DNA of 64,000 bases from a virus (Duplodnaviria; Heunggongvirae; Uroviricota; Caudoviricetes), in IMG/VR virus record IMGVR_UViG_3300029288_000055, positions 298,764-362,763 of that record; one strand, 5' to 3'. This document shows positions 45,585 to 53,850 of the stretch, piece by piece (the stretch's first letter is position 1; every line of letters begins with the position of its first letter). Position numbers and translations under genes: made by a program. The notes beneath the pieces are model-generated. The model was given only the letters and a program-made list of their open reading frames with translations, made no database searches and was not told the DNA's origin.

Positions 45585-45896
45585 CTTAGTAATGCGTTTA
45601 TATAGTCAAAGATAAAGTCCAAGTCAAGAGCAAAGACCTTCCTCTGCACAAAGGCAAAGGCAAATACCAAGTCTTTTTTCCTTCCTCCTGAATAATTATC
45701 CCAAGCACGTTATACCAGTGCAAGGGTAACTTATTTTGGCAGTCGTGATCTTTTTTACGAAAAGTCACAAAAAACAATTGGTTTCGCAGAGAAAGCGGTT
45801 TTTCCTGTTACGGAAGTTATGCGTCCCTTGGGACACATGACCATCTGTCATTTAGATTATTTATCTAATTTTATATGTAAAGAACGCATTACTAAG
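45585..45896. other. GC-richer non-coding island flanked by 14-bp inverted repeats
   Basis: CTTAGTAATGCGTT at 45585-45598 and AACGCATTACTAAG at 45883-45896. Internal hairpins include CTAAGTcACTTAG, GTGATCTTTT..AAAAG(A)TCAC and TAGAT..ATCTA. A CAAAGG repeat occurs twice. No ORF is present. Confidence 0.4.
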
Positions 45897-45897
45897 C

Positions 45898-45947
45898 ACA
45901 AAAAAAGGTAAACTCGGCTCTTGCTCTATCTACCCTTTACCTTAGTT
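45898..45947 (-). terminator. rho-independent terminator of gene 45956..46891
   Basis: The minus-sense reads AAGGTAAA-(23-nt loop)-TTTACCTT followed by TTTTTTT. Confidence 0.55.
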
Positions 45948-45955
45948 TTATATTA

Positions 45956-46891
45956 TTACTCCTGTGACTCAGGAAGTTTGCTGAGAAATCCGTCAATAAC
46001 TGTTTTAAATCTGATATCTACCAAAATTTTGGTTGCAGCAAGTTCTTTGATTTTTGCCTGACGAGTCTTTTCATACTCATTCTTGATTGCCTGAACCTGC
46101 TCAGATGCTTTTTTATACTCCATTTCGTATGTAAGACGAAGATCGCTATTTGTCTTGTCAGCTTCATTACCTGCATCGGCATTAACCTTTGCAATACGTG
46201 CGTTTTCTTCTGTAGTCAGGTTCTTAACTTTTGCTTTGAAGCGATTAACATGTTGTTCGTAACCACGATGAAGTTCAGCAAGTGTTTCGTGAAGTTTAAG
46301 CAGTTCTTCTGCTGTGTGATGCTTGGTGATTGTGACAGGAACTTTTTTATCTTTTTCAATTTCAAACCATTCAATGGCAGGGATTTGTGGCAGTTCATTT
46401 CTCAGACCTGCAAGGATTGAATCCTTATGAATAAATTCACCGATATGTGAAGCATATGCTTCTGCTTCAAGATATTCGTTATTCTCAGCAGCAGTAAGTT
46501 GTGACCAACCAAAGTCTTCTGTTACATTTGGTAACACTGCAGGTTTGATATAATCAGGAGTTTTTGGAAATTTAACTTCAGAAACGTCAGCAACGCCTCT
46601 TTTTGTTACTTCAATTCCTTCAGCTTTTGCCTTGATGTTCTCCATCAAGAATGCCTGACAAGCATGAAGACTTGCCTTTTCCTTAATCAAATCAACAACG
46701 TTTTCAGGTAATTTAACGCCTGTTTCAACAACAAGAGGCAATGTTTCGCCAGCAACCTTTACAGTTTTGCTGTAATTGTTTACTGTTAAGAGTTTTCTTG
46801 CAATTTCGAGTGCTCTCTGATGGCAAAGATTAGATACTGATTGTGCTTGTGAAAGGCTTAAGCCTGTTGCGGAAAGTGAATTTTTTTTCAT
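45956..46891 (-). CDS. hypothetical protein with a coiled-coil C-terminus (311 aa)
   Basis: ORF track. GC is visibly higher than in flanking genes, and the gene has its own terminator. Confidence 0.65.
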   Translation of the reverse strand: MKKNSLSATGLSLSQAQSVSNLCHQRALEIARKLLTVNNYSKTVKVAGETLPLVVETGVKLPENVVDLIKEKASLHACQAFLMENIKAKAEGIEVTKRGVADVSEVKFPKTPDYIKPAVLPNVTEDFGWSQLTAAENNEYLEAEAYASHIGEFIHKDSILAGLRNELPQIPAIEWFEIEKDKKVPVTITKHHTAEELLKLHETLAELHRGYEQHVNRFKAKVKNLTTEENARIAKVNADAGNEADKTNSDLRLTYEMEYKKASEQVQAIKNEYEKTRQAKIKELAATKILVDIRFKTVIDGFLSKLPESQE

Positions 46892-46976
46892 GATATTTTC
46901 AGTTATTAGGTTTTACAATTATTAATGAATGACAAAGGTATATTACTTTTTCTTATTTCCAAATCTTTTTTAAAAA

Positions 46977-47258
46977 TTATTTTTTAAATTCACCATTAAG
47001 AATATTCATATTAAAAATTGTGGTATTTAAAACATCAGTAAATTCTTGGATAGAGCATTCAATAATATTTGATTGATTTTTCATATATCCAACACAATTT
47101 GAACTAATTAACGGAGATTTTGAATTTACCAATAATACATCATTTTCACGTTGATAAAAGTAAAATTTATCATTATTAGTTTTGTAACATTTACCAATAG
47201 TTTTATAAGGTTCTGTTGGAAATATTTGTGGTTTTATTGTAATAGAAATTTTTCTCAT
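46977..47258 (-). CDS. hypothetical protein (about 93 aa)
   Basis: The track ORF 46977..47327 is trimmed to the internal Met (MRKISITIKPQ...), just after the stop of 47263..47469. Confidence 0.4.
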   Translation of the reverse strand: MRKISITIKPQIFPTEPYKTIGKCYKTNNDKFYFYQRENDVLLVNSKSPLISSNCVGYMKNQSNIIECSIQEFTDVLNTTIFNMNILNGEFKK

Positions 47259-47262
47259 ATTT

Positions 47263-47469
47263 TTATTCTTCATCATCTGTTTCACGAAAATCACCATCAG
47301 CATCACAATGAACTGGTGGATAGCCAAGTTTTTTTAATGTTGCATGGCGTAAAATTCTGTTCACCAAATGAAGGAAAAAATTACAGCCAAAATAAAGTAC
47401 TGTAGTCAGAATTGCCATAAATCCTACAAAATGCCAGAAACTTCCAAGAACAAATTCAAGTGTTTTCAT
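47263..47469 (-). CDS. small membrane protein (68 aa)
   Basis: Two TM helices. Confidence 0.45.
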   Translation of the reverse strand: MKTLEFVLGSFWHFVGFMAILTTVLYFGCNFFLHLVNRILRHATLKKLGYPPVHCDADGDFRETDDEE

Positions 47470-47491
47470 GTATTTTTATTTAAAATTAATA

Positions 47492-47848
47492 TTATCGTTT
47501 ACCTTTTACTTTAAATTCAAAATATGGTTCGAAATCTGATTCACCATAGCAAGGAAATTCATATTTAACATTCCAGCCTTCTTTGAGATAGAAGTGTTCG
47601 AAATCCAATGCATGATCATCATATAATTTATCACGATTTGCACGATCATTTCTTAAACCCACTATCTTAAAATATCTTTCAAGTAAATCTTCTTTTCTTA
47701 TTGTTGCAGAACTGCCATTCCACATTTTTGCAATCATTTCATTGACTGCCTGAAACATCGCATTGGGTATGGTTTCAGCTTTTAGTTCTAAAACTTCGCT
47801 GGGTTTAATTGGTTTTACGTTTTCTTCCATATTATAATAGTATTTCAA
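47492..47848 (-). CDS. hypothetical protein (118 aa)
   Basis: ORF track. Confidence 0.55.
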   Translation of the reverse strand: MKYYYNMEENVKPIKPSEVLELKAETIPNAMFQAVNEMIAKMWNGSSATIRKEDLLERYFKIVGLRNDRANRDKLYDDHALDFEHFYLKEGWNVKYEFPCYGESDFEPYFEFKVKGKR

Positions 47849-48230
47849 GTGCTTCTTTAACTACTTCAGTTAAATCCCAATAATCATCCATTGACATATC
47901 AAGTTTGCCATTCATTGACATACGAACATTTCCATGTTTTTTATTATATTCATCATGATTACAGTTGCCCTTGTTCCATTTAACAACTTTTGATTTTTTA
48001 TAAATCACAATAAGTAATTGCACACCATCAAGAGTTTTACGTATTTCAATACGTTCATCATCACCTTTGATGTGTTTTGCTTTCCAAAGGTTCATATCTT
48101 CATTACTCATGTTTGGGACATAAGTACCTGCAATACCAGAATCGCTCAGAAACATTTCATTATGTTTATCAGCACTACGAAGTTTCTTGGGTATTTCAAA
48201 TGATAAAATATTATTGTTTGCTGGTCTCAT
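47832..48230 (-). CDS. hypothetical protein (132 aa)
   Basis: ORF track. Confidence 0.55.
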   Translation of the reverse strand: MRPANNNILSFEIPKKLRSADKHNEMFLSDSGIAGTYVPNMSNEDMNLWKAKHIKGDDERIEIRKTLDGVQLLIVIYKKSKVVKWNKGNCNHDEYNKKHGNVRMSMNGKLDMSMDDYWDLTEVVKEALEILL

Positions 48231-48561
48231 TTAAATCACTATTTGTATTAAATTCCAATAAATATTTAATTAATGCATCAAAATCTTCATTTGAATAATC
48301 ACCAAATTTTTCAACTAATTCTTTTGAAGTAATTGTTACATTATAAAGATCACAAAATTCTTTATATGCAATATTTAAGTCGTTTTTATCTTTTTCTTCA
48401 ACTCTTTTATAATAATATGTCCATTGTAAAAGATCGCCATTAAACCAAAGTTTAAGTGTTTCAAACGAATTACTCAAACTCAAATTATATTTTTTTAATT
48501 CAGTACAATACTTTTCTGTTGGTTCAACGAAGTTTTTGATATTTACTACAGGCGTATCCAT
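48211..48561 (-). CDS. hypothetical protein (116 aa)
   Basis: ORF track. Confidence 0.55.
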   Translation of the reverse strand: MDTPVVNIKNFVEPTEKYCTELKKYNLSLSNSFETLKLWFNGDLLQWTYYYKRVEEKDKNDLNIAYKEFCDLYNVTITSKELVEKFGDYSNEDFDALIKYLLEFNTNSDLNETSKQ

Positions 48562-48586
48562 AAGTGAGTTTTAATTTAAACATGTA

Positions 48587-48617
48587 ATTATACGGATAAT
48601 ATTTGAATTAGTTACAA
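48587..48617 (-). promoter_or_regulatory. promoter-like motif TTGTAAC-N16-CGTATAAT (minus-sense)
   Basis: Near-identical over about 25 nt to the copy at 57430. The upstream stop is embedded in the box. Confidence 0.5.
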
Positions 48618-48809
48618 ATTTTCGGGTTTATTTTCAGATTTTTCAGAATTTTTTATGACCATTGAAACTGTCCAGATGAATAAGAAACCAAAAATTATCG
48701 TACATAAATACCCCCAAAAAAATTCTTCTGGTTTGATTGAAGTCATCCATACAGCATATGCATATACAATAATATAGAGGGCATATATGATGGCTTTGAT
48801 AAACTTCAT
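48612..48809 (-). CDS. small membrane protein (65 aa)
   Basis: Two TM helices. Confidence 0.45.
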   Translation of the reverse strand: MKFIKAIIYALYIIVYAYAVWMTSIKPEEFFWGYLCTIIFGFLFIWTVSMVIKNSEKSENKPENL

Positions 48810-48871
48810 CCATATAAGGTATTATATATACAATTATTTTACATTTCTGATCTTAATTATTACTAAATACT

Positions 48872-49348
48872 TCAATTTTTATTCCAACCAAATAGATGTG
48901 AAAACATACCATCAAAATTTTTAACTTCTTCACAAAATCTTTTACCAATAGTTTTGGTTTTATCATCAACATAATAGGCAATAAGATCATCTTCTTCAGG
49001 TGAACTAAAAATCATTACAATAATGTCATTTTTATTTTCAATATCTGACATATTAATTTCACCATTCATGATTTGATTAATAACTTTATTTTTAGGGTCG
49101 ATCTGTGCGCCATATGCTTCAATAATTATCACTGATGCAAGAATAAGAGGATTTTTACAAGTGTTTTTTATTGTTGCTGCAAGCATTTGTTTATTTTCAG
49201 GTTTCAATTGATCACGTGGAATCGGAGTAATTAGAATTTTTTCGTTTGAAAATGTAATAAAAACAGGTGCTAAGTATCCATCTTTTTTATAATTAAGAAG
49301 CATACTATCATGTGACATTTTTTTAAACCACTGAATTTTTTCGTTCAT
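48872..49348 (-). CDS. hypothetical protein (158 aa)
   Basis: ORF track. Confidence 0.55.
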   Translation of the reverse strand: MNEKIQWFKKMSHDSMLLNYKKDGYLAPVFITFSNEKILITPIPRDQLKPENKQMLAATIKNTCKNPLILASVIIIEAYGAQIDPKNKVINQIMNGEINMSDIENKNDIIVMIFSSPEEDDLIAYYVDDKTKTIGKRFCEEVKNFDGMFSHLFGWNKN

Positions 49349-49350
49349 AA

Positions 49351-49674
49351 CTATAAAAGTTCATCAGCAATTTTACCTAATTCAATACCAAACATTTCAG
49401 TAATCTTTTGTTTATTTCTTTTTTCGGCAAGTTTAAATAACTCAGCATGTGGTAATACAAGTTCTTCAAAACTAAATCTTGGTGCATTACGTTTCATTTC
49501 GTCATACCCTAATTGATTGAGAGAAGTCTGCATAATACTAAATGGTTCGTTGATTTTACCAATTGATTCATTAGTGCCATTCAGCATTTTTTGTGAATAT
49601 TGAATACGTTCAGCATTCAAACGAATCCAAAGCATTCTTTCGCTTTCATTTTTGAAGAAAATCTTTCTTGCCAT
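49351..49674 (-). CDS. hypothetical protein (107 aa)
   Basis: ORF track. Confidence 0.5.
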   Translation of the reverse strand: MARKIFFKNESERMLWIRLNAERIQYSQKMLNGTNESIGKINEPFSIMQTSLNQLGYDEMKRNAPRFSFEELVLPHAELFKLAEKRNKQKITEMFGIELGKIADELL

Positions 49675-49675
49675 A

Positions 49676-49936
49676 TTATTCTTTTTTTAATATATCAAGT
49701 TTTACATTCATTCGAATCAAATCAGCACCAAGCCTCATTGATTTCGTAACCATATTAATAGCTTCAGTAATAGGTATATCAGATGATAATTTCTTTGCTA
49801 TATGAGCATCAAATTCGAGTTTTTTTGCATCAATTACTTCTTGAAATTCACGAATTTTAATTTCTCTGATTTGTTGTGCCCATACTTTAATATCGATATT
49901 ATCAATATTTATTCTTGTAACATCAAAATTTCTCAT
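49676..49936 (-). CDS. hypothetical protein (86 aa)
   Basis: ORF track. Confidence 0.5.
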   Translation of the reverse strand: MRNFDVTRINIDNIDIKVWAQQIREIKIREFQEVIDAKKLEFDAHIAKKLSSDIPITEAINMVTKSMRLGADLIRMNVKLDILKKE

Positions 49937-49938
49937 TA

Positions 49939-50106
49939 TTAAAAAATTTTAGTTAAAATATTAAGTGTTGCTTTGATCTTTTGTCTTGCAGTTTTTTTGC
50001 TTTTAACAGTATTAAGTTCGACTTCCCACCAATTAACCCATCCTTTTTTGGGATGATTATCAGGAAGATTAACACGTAGCTTATTTCTTAAACCATAAGG
50101 TTTCAT
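49939..50106 (-). CDS. small basic protein (55 aa)
   Basis: Not in the track. ATGA overlap with the upstream stop. MKPYGLRNKLRVNLPDNHPKKGWVNWWEVE...KKTARQKIK. Confidence 0.4.
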   Translation of the reverse strand: MKPYGLRNKLRVNLPDNHPKKGWVNWWEVELNTVKSKKTARQKIKATLNILTKIF

Positions 50107-50306
50107 TTTACGACTTTTTCAACACCAGTAAACTGGATTACTTTTAGCCCATCAAATTTAAATTTATATTCAAACATTTGAGCATGTTTTTTCAATGCTT
50201 CTTTATATTCACTTTCATGGTATGCCTGTTTGAAAATTGGTGAATTACCAAGGTTGGTACGAACTTCTTTGTCTTCGACTGGTGAATAAACTTTTACTAA
50301 TTCCAT
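50103..50306 (-). CDS. hypothetical protein (67 aa)
   Basis: ORF track. Confidence 0.45.
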   Translation of the reverse strand: MELVKVYSPVEDKEVRTNLGNSPIFKQAYHESEYKEALKKHAQMFEYKFKFDGLKVIQFTGVEKVVK

Positions 50307-50370
50307 ATATTTTTTAAATTAGATAACAAATATAATACTCTTTTCTTTAAATACAAATGCTTTATTAAAA

Positions 50371-50583
50371 TTATGCGTACCAACTAATATAATATCCATC
50401 AATACCCATAACTATTTCACCACAACGTGTTATCATGCCGATTGCGTTTTCAGCCTCATAATAAATATATCTTCCGATTCTATAGTACATAATTTTAAGT
50501 ATTAAGCCATGTAATAAATCTATTCCATTGTTTTGTAGCATATTCTGGAAGACTGAAAGTGGGGTTGTTGATCTTAGTCTCAT
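50371..50583 (-). CDS. hypothetical protein; start uncertain
   Basis: The track ORF overlaps 50495..50779 by 89 nt. The internal Met at about 50490 (MYYRIGRYIYY...) would remove the overlap. Confidence 0.3.
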   Translation of the reverse strand: MRLRSTTPLSVFQNMLQNNGIDLLHGLILKIMYYRIGRYIYYEAENAIGMITRCGEIVMGIDGYYISWYA

Positions 50584-50779
50584 ATGTGTTATTATTTTTA
50601 CGTATGTTTATTATTGTTTCAGATTTTCCTGCAAATCTTATAATTGTAGTACAAATTAGAATTACAAATCCGAATGGTATTAATACATGTGCTTTAGCAC
50701 TAAGTGCTGTAATAAACATAATTAATGCACAAATATAATTTATAATTATCAGTGCTTGTAATTGTTCTTTCTTTTTCAT
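50495..50779 (-). CDS. membrane protein (94 aa)
   Basis: Two TM helices. Confidence 0.5.
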   Translation of the reverse strand: MKKKEQLQALIIINYICALIMFITALSAKAHVLIPFGFVILICTTIIRFAGKSETIINIRKNNNTYETKINNPTFSLPEYATKQWNRFITWLNT

Positions 50780-50802
50780 AATATAAATTTTATGTTATAT
50801 CT

Positions 50803-50834
50803 CTTATACGATAATCAATAAAAAAAGGTTACAA
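50803..50834 (-). promoter_or_regulatory. promoter-like motif TTGTAAC-N17-CGTATAAG (minus-sense)
   Basis: It sits immediately downstream (in minus-sense) of a terminator hairpin. Confidence 0.55.
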
Positions 50835-50863
50835 AAAAAGGGAGAATTTCTTCTCCCTTTTTG
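50833..50863 (-). terminator. rho-independent terminator
   Basis: GGGAGAA-TTTC-TTCTCCC stem-loop, flanked by A7 on one side and T5 on the other. Confidence 0.6.
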
Positions 50864-50870
50864 TTTTCTG

Positions 50871-51050
50871 TTATCCTACTGGATGTCCTGTTGACATCGC
50901 AACAATCTGTGTTATCAAGAAGAAAAATTCTTTGATAATTATTGTTAGCATCCCGATGGTAAACATTCCCATGATACCTATCGCTATTAATGCTTCAATT
51001 GGTTCAACCAACTTCAGCTTCTCCATGAGGATACTCCAGAGTTCTTTCAT
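50871..51050 (-). CDS. small membrane protein (59 aa)
   Basis: Not in the track; coordinates ±1. MKELWSILMEKLKLVEPIEALIAIGIMGMFTIGMLTIIIKEFFFLITQIV... Lies directly downstream of the SPFH gene. Confidence 0.4.
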   Translation of the reverse strand: MKELWSILMEKLKLVEPIEALIAIGIMGMFTIGMLTIIIKEFFFLITQIVAMSTGHPVG

Positions 51051-51052
51051 GA

Positions 51053-52222
51053 CTATTTACCTGCTGCAAGTTTGTCATTGATGTCCATCAAAAACTTAAT
51101 GCTGATAGCATCCATAGGGTTTGTGCCTTTGTTGTCGCCACCATTAATAAGTATCTGAGGATATTTAACACCTGCAAGTGCAGTAGCAACACCAACTTTT
51201 GTTTTAAAATTCCATTCAGCAGCTTCCTGTGGGGTAAGACCTGCAGAAACTTTTAAACGAGCAGCTTCAGCTTCACCCTGACCTTTAAATATCGCAGCTT
51301 TTCTGTTTTCATCTTCCTGTTTAGCGTTAAGAGCAGCAACTTCGTACAACTTCTGTGCAGTTGTTACTTCCTGAACCTTTTCAACTTCCTTTTCATATTT
51401 AGCTTTGGCTACGTTTGCAAGTCCCTGCTGTTCTGCAGTGAGAGCATCCTGTTTAGCACGAATAGCTTCTTGTTTTGAAAGTTCGGTCTTCATCGCTTCA
51501 TCTTTACGTTTGGCAATCATTTCTTCTACTTTAGCATCAAACTGTGGGACATCAATAACACATTCAAGTACTTCGCAACCTAATTGCTGAAGTCTGTTTG
51601 GAGTTCTGAGTGGTTGTCCATCGTCACCATATACAAGTACGGTTACACGCTGTTCTTCGATATCACCAGTAGAAGTGGTTTTACTTACTTTATCGGATTT
51701 TGTTACATATATACCATTACGAAGCTGATCTTCAACTGCCTGTTGGAAGAGAGCAAGTGTGGTATATGCATCCTGTGCTGAACGTAAGTTTGCTGAAAGT
51801 TTAATGGCATTATTTACAATAGGTACGATACCTGATTGAATAAAATGATCAAAACCACCCGCATATTCCCTTTTAAGATTAATAGCACCTTCTGAAGTTA
51901 CAGGTAATTTAACCCTGATAAGACCAGAAATTTTGGCTTTCGAACCATCATTAAATATAACGTCAACTGCTTCAATGTTTGCACTACCGTCACCTTTATG
52001 GCTACCGATACCGCAAGTTGTTACGTTTTTATACTCGCTAATAGTACCGAACCACTGAAAGTAAGTACCTGCGGTAGACCTAACTGACATATTACCAGTT
52101 AAGGCTGCTTGTTTGACTTGAAAATAACCAGCGTCATTGGTCTGGAAGATTCCTCTTGCAAGTGCTAAAAACACAACTGCAAGGACTACGAAAACAACTG
52201 CAAAGATTTTTTTGTTTTTCAT
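51053..52222 (-). CDS. SPFH/band-7 (stomatin/flotillin/HflC-like) membrane protein
   Basis: N-terminal TM helix, an SPFH-like core, and a long coiled coil containing EAEAARL and repeated AK/EA-rich heptads. Confidence 0.6.
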   Translation of the reverse strand: MKNKKIFAVVFVVLAVVFLALARGIFQTNDAGYFQVKQAALTGNMSVRSTAGTYFQWFGTISEYKNVTTCGIGSHKGDGSANIEAVDVIFNDGSKAKISGLIRVKLPVTSEGAINLKREYAGGFDHFIQSGIVPIVNNAIKLSANLRSAQDAYTTLALFQQAVEDQLRNGIYVTKSDKVSKTTSTGDIEEQRVTVLVYGDDGQPLRTPNRLQQLGCEVLECVIDVPQFDAKVEEMIAKRKDEAMKTELSKQEAIRAKQDALTAEQQGLANVAKAKYEKEVEKVQEVTTAQKLYEVAALNAKQEDENRKAAIFKGQGEAEAARLKVSAGLTPQEAAEWNFKTKVGVATALAGVKYPQILINGGDNKGTNPMDAISIKFLMDINDKLAAGK

Positions 52223-52273
52223 TTGTAAAAAATTAAAGATTAATAAATTGTGAATAATAAAAATTAGTGAAAA

Positions 52274-52441
52274 TTACACAGTCACATCCCTTTTAAACCA
52301 ATAATAAAAAGGTATTAGAGCAAGTAATACACTGATATCGGATTTCTTGAAAATTGGAACACCGAATAAGTGCAAAACCACAGTTACATAGTAGATCGCA
52401 AGAATTACGATCAATGCTTCGATACAAAATTGTATTAACAT
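52274..52441 (-). CDS. small membrane protein (55 aa)
   Basis: Not in the track. MLIQFCIEALIVILAIYYVTVVLHLFGVPIF... Lies directly upstream of the SPFH gene. Confidence 0.35.
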   Translation of the reverse strand: MLIQFCIEALIVILAIYYVTVVLHLFGVPIFKKSDISVLLALIPFYYWFKRDVTV

Positions 52442-52466
52442 AGCTTTTAATTTATAGATTTGATTA

Positions 52467-53243
52467 TTACTTAGCGTATCTTAAATTTACAGGATTCTTG
52501 CTCCTGTAATTATATATACTTTCAATTAACAGTTTATATTGTTCAACTGATGCACATCTAACCAATGTAGTTGGCTGTTTTTCCAATTTCTGGAGCATAG
52601 TATCATGATTGAATTTTGGGTTCTTGAATAATGGAATAAGAGTTCTCACAAATGCACCATTATTATAGAACTTGAAAAATGGTTTATATTCAATAATTTT
52701 TGCTGCATTTTCATAAGCCAATTTCAAATCAGGCACTTTAAATTGACCTTCTTGAAAGAAATGTATTCTTTCATTATCATTTTTTGCACCTTTCTGCAAT
52801 CTTTTTCTGTTATTAACACCAGCAATGTTGTTTGTCATAATTGCTTCAGCAACACCAATTGAAAATTCAGGGTAGTTTGTCATGAATTCTTTCAGTTGTT
52901 TATAGGGTTTTGAATCCAATTCGCAAAATGATTCAAGAAATGCACTTTTGCTCCATATTTTATCAACGGTATTATAACGTTGACAATCTTTTAGGCGTAA
53001 ACCGGGGATGACACGATAATGAACCTCCAGACCTAATCTGCTGCATGCTTCAAGACGGTGTTGTCCATCAATAATTTCAAAAAATTCATTTACGATTAAC
53101 AAGGTGAACAAATACTCCTTTTTAAAGGATTTCATCAGTCTGATAACATGTGCTTCATTTCTGGGTCTATTACCAATGATTCTTTTGAACATCCCATAAT
53201 TTTTCGTTGTGAAAATTGTTGCATTACTGTCTACTGTACTCAT
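52467..53243 (-). CDS. ParB/Srx-fold protein with a DGQHR motif (ParB-like nuclease / DndB / DUF262-like)
   Basis: FEIIDGQHRLEA motif. Confidence 0.5.
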   Translation of the reverse strand: MSTVDSNATIFTTKNYGMFKRIIGNRPRNEAHVIRLMKSFKKEYLFTLLIVNEFFEIIDGQHRLEACSRLGLEVHYRVIPGLRLKDCQRYNTVDKIWSKSAFLESFCELDSKPYKQLKEFMTNYPEFSIGVAEAIMTNNIAGVNNRKRLQKGAKNDNERIHFFQEGQFKVPDLKLAYENAAKIIEYKPFFKFYNNGAFVRTLIPLFKNPKFNHDTMLQKLEKQPTTLVRCASVEQYKLLIESIYNYRSKNPVNLRYAK

Positions 53244-53284
53244 TGTTTAAAAAAAATTAAGTTAATGTTTATCTATCTCGTTCG

Positions 53285-53315
53285 ATTATACGAATATAAA
53301 TTAAAAATGTTACAA
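53285..53315 (-). promoter_or_regulatory. promoter-like motif TTGTAAC-N16-CGTATAAT (minus-sense)
   Basis: The + strand reads ATTATACG-N16-GTTACAA. Confidence 0.5.
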
Positions 53316-53321
53316 AAAATG

Positions 53322-53849
53322 TTATTTATTTTCAAAATATTTTGCATTAAGCTCTTTATCAACGTATCCAACAATATCAACATCTGTATCACAATCATAC
53401 CCACCATTATAACCATCATAAAAAATATCATAAGTAATTTCAACAATTAAGTAGTTAACTTTTGGAAACATACCTTTAGATAAGTCATCTTCAGATTGTG
53501 GCACAAAGTTAGACAATATTTTGACAAAATCAAATTTTTTGAATAAATCTTCTATTCCCGCATTACTTATTTCTTCTTCTAATTGACGATCAAGGGTATG
53601 CAGATTGAACATAAGATAGTTTATACTATCATGTTCTTTGAAATTTCCTGCAAATTGAAGAAAAGAGTCAGCAATCATTGGCTGATTATGCTGTCCTTTA
53701 TTGGTATTGACAGTATAAAATGGAAGATATTCAAACACATCTCTACGATGTTGCTGTTTCTCTCTCAGGTTATAAATGTATTTATCAGACACATTATATA
53801 ACTCTACTACCAAAAGACATTTTTCTTTACTGATTCCTTCTCCTATCAT
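53322..53849 (-). CDS. hypothetical protein (175 aa)
   Basis: ORF track. Confidence 0.55.
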   Translation of the reverse strand: MIGEGISKEKCLLVVELYNVSDKYIYNLREKQQHRRDVFEYLPFYTVNTNKGQHNQPMIADSFLQFAGNFKEHDSINYLMFNLHTLDRQLEEEISNAGIEDLFKKFDFVKILSNFVPQSEDDLSKGMFPKVNYLIVEITYDIFYDGYNGGYDCDTDVDIVGYVDKELNAKYFENK

Positions 53850-53850
53850 A

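Noticed and set aside
50833-50863. The GGGAGAA/TTCTCCC hairpin as a regulatory protein-binding palindrome
   Set aside because: It is flanked by an A-run and a T-run. It sits between a gene end and the next promoter motif, which is the classic bidirectional intrinsic terminator layout.
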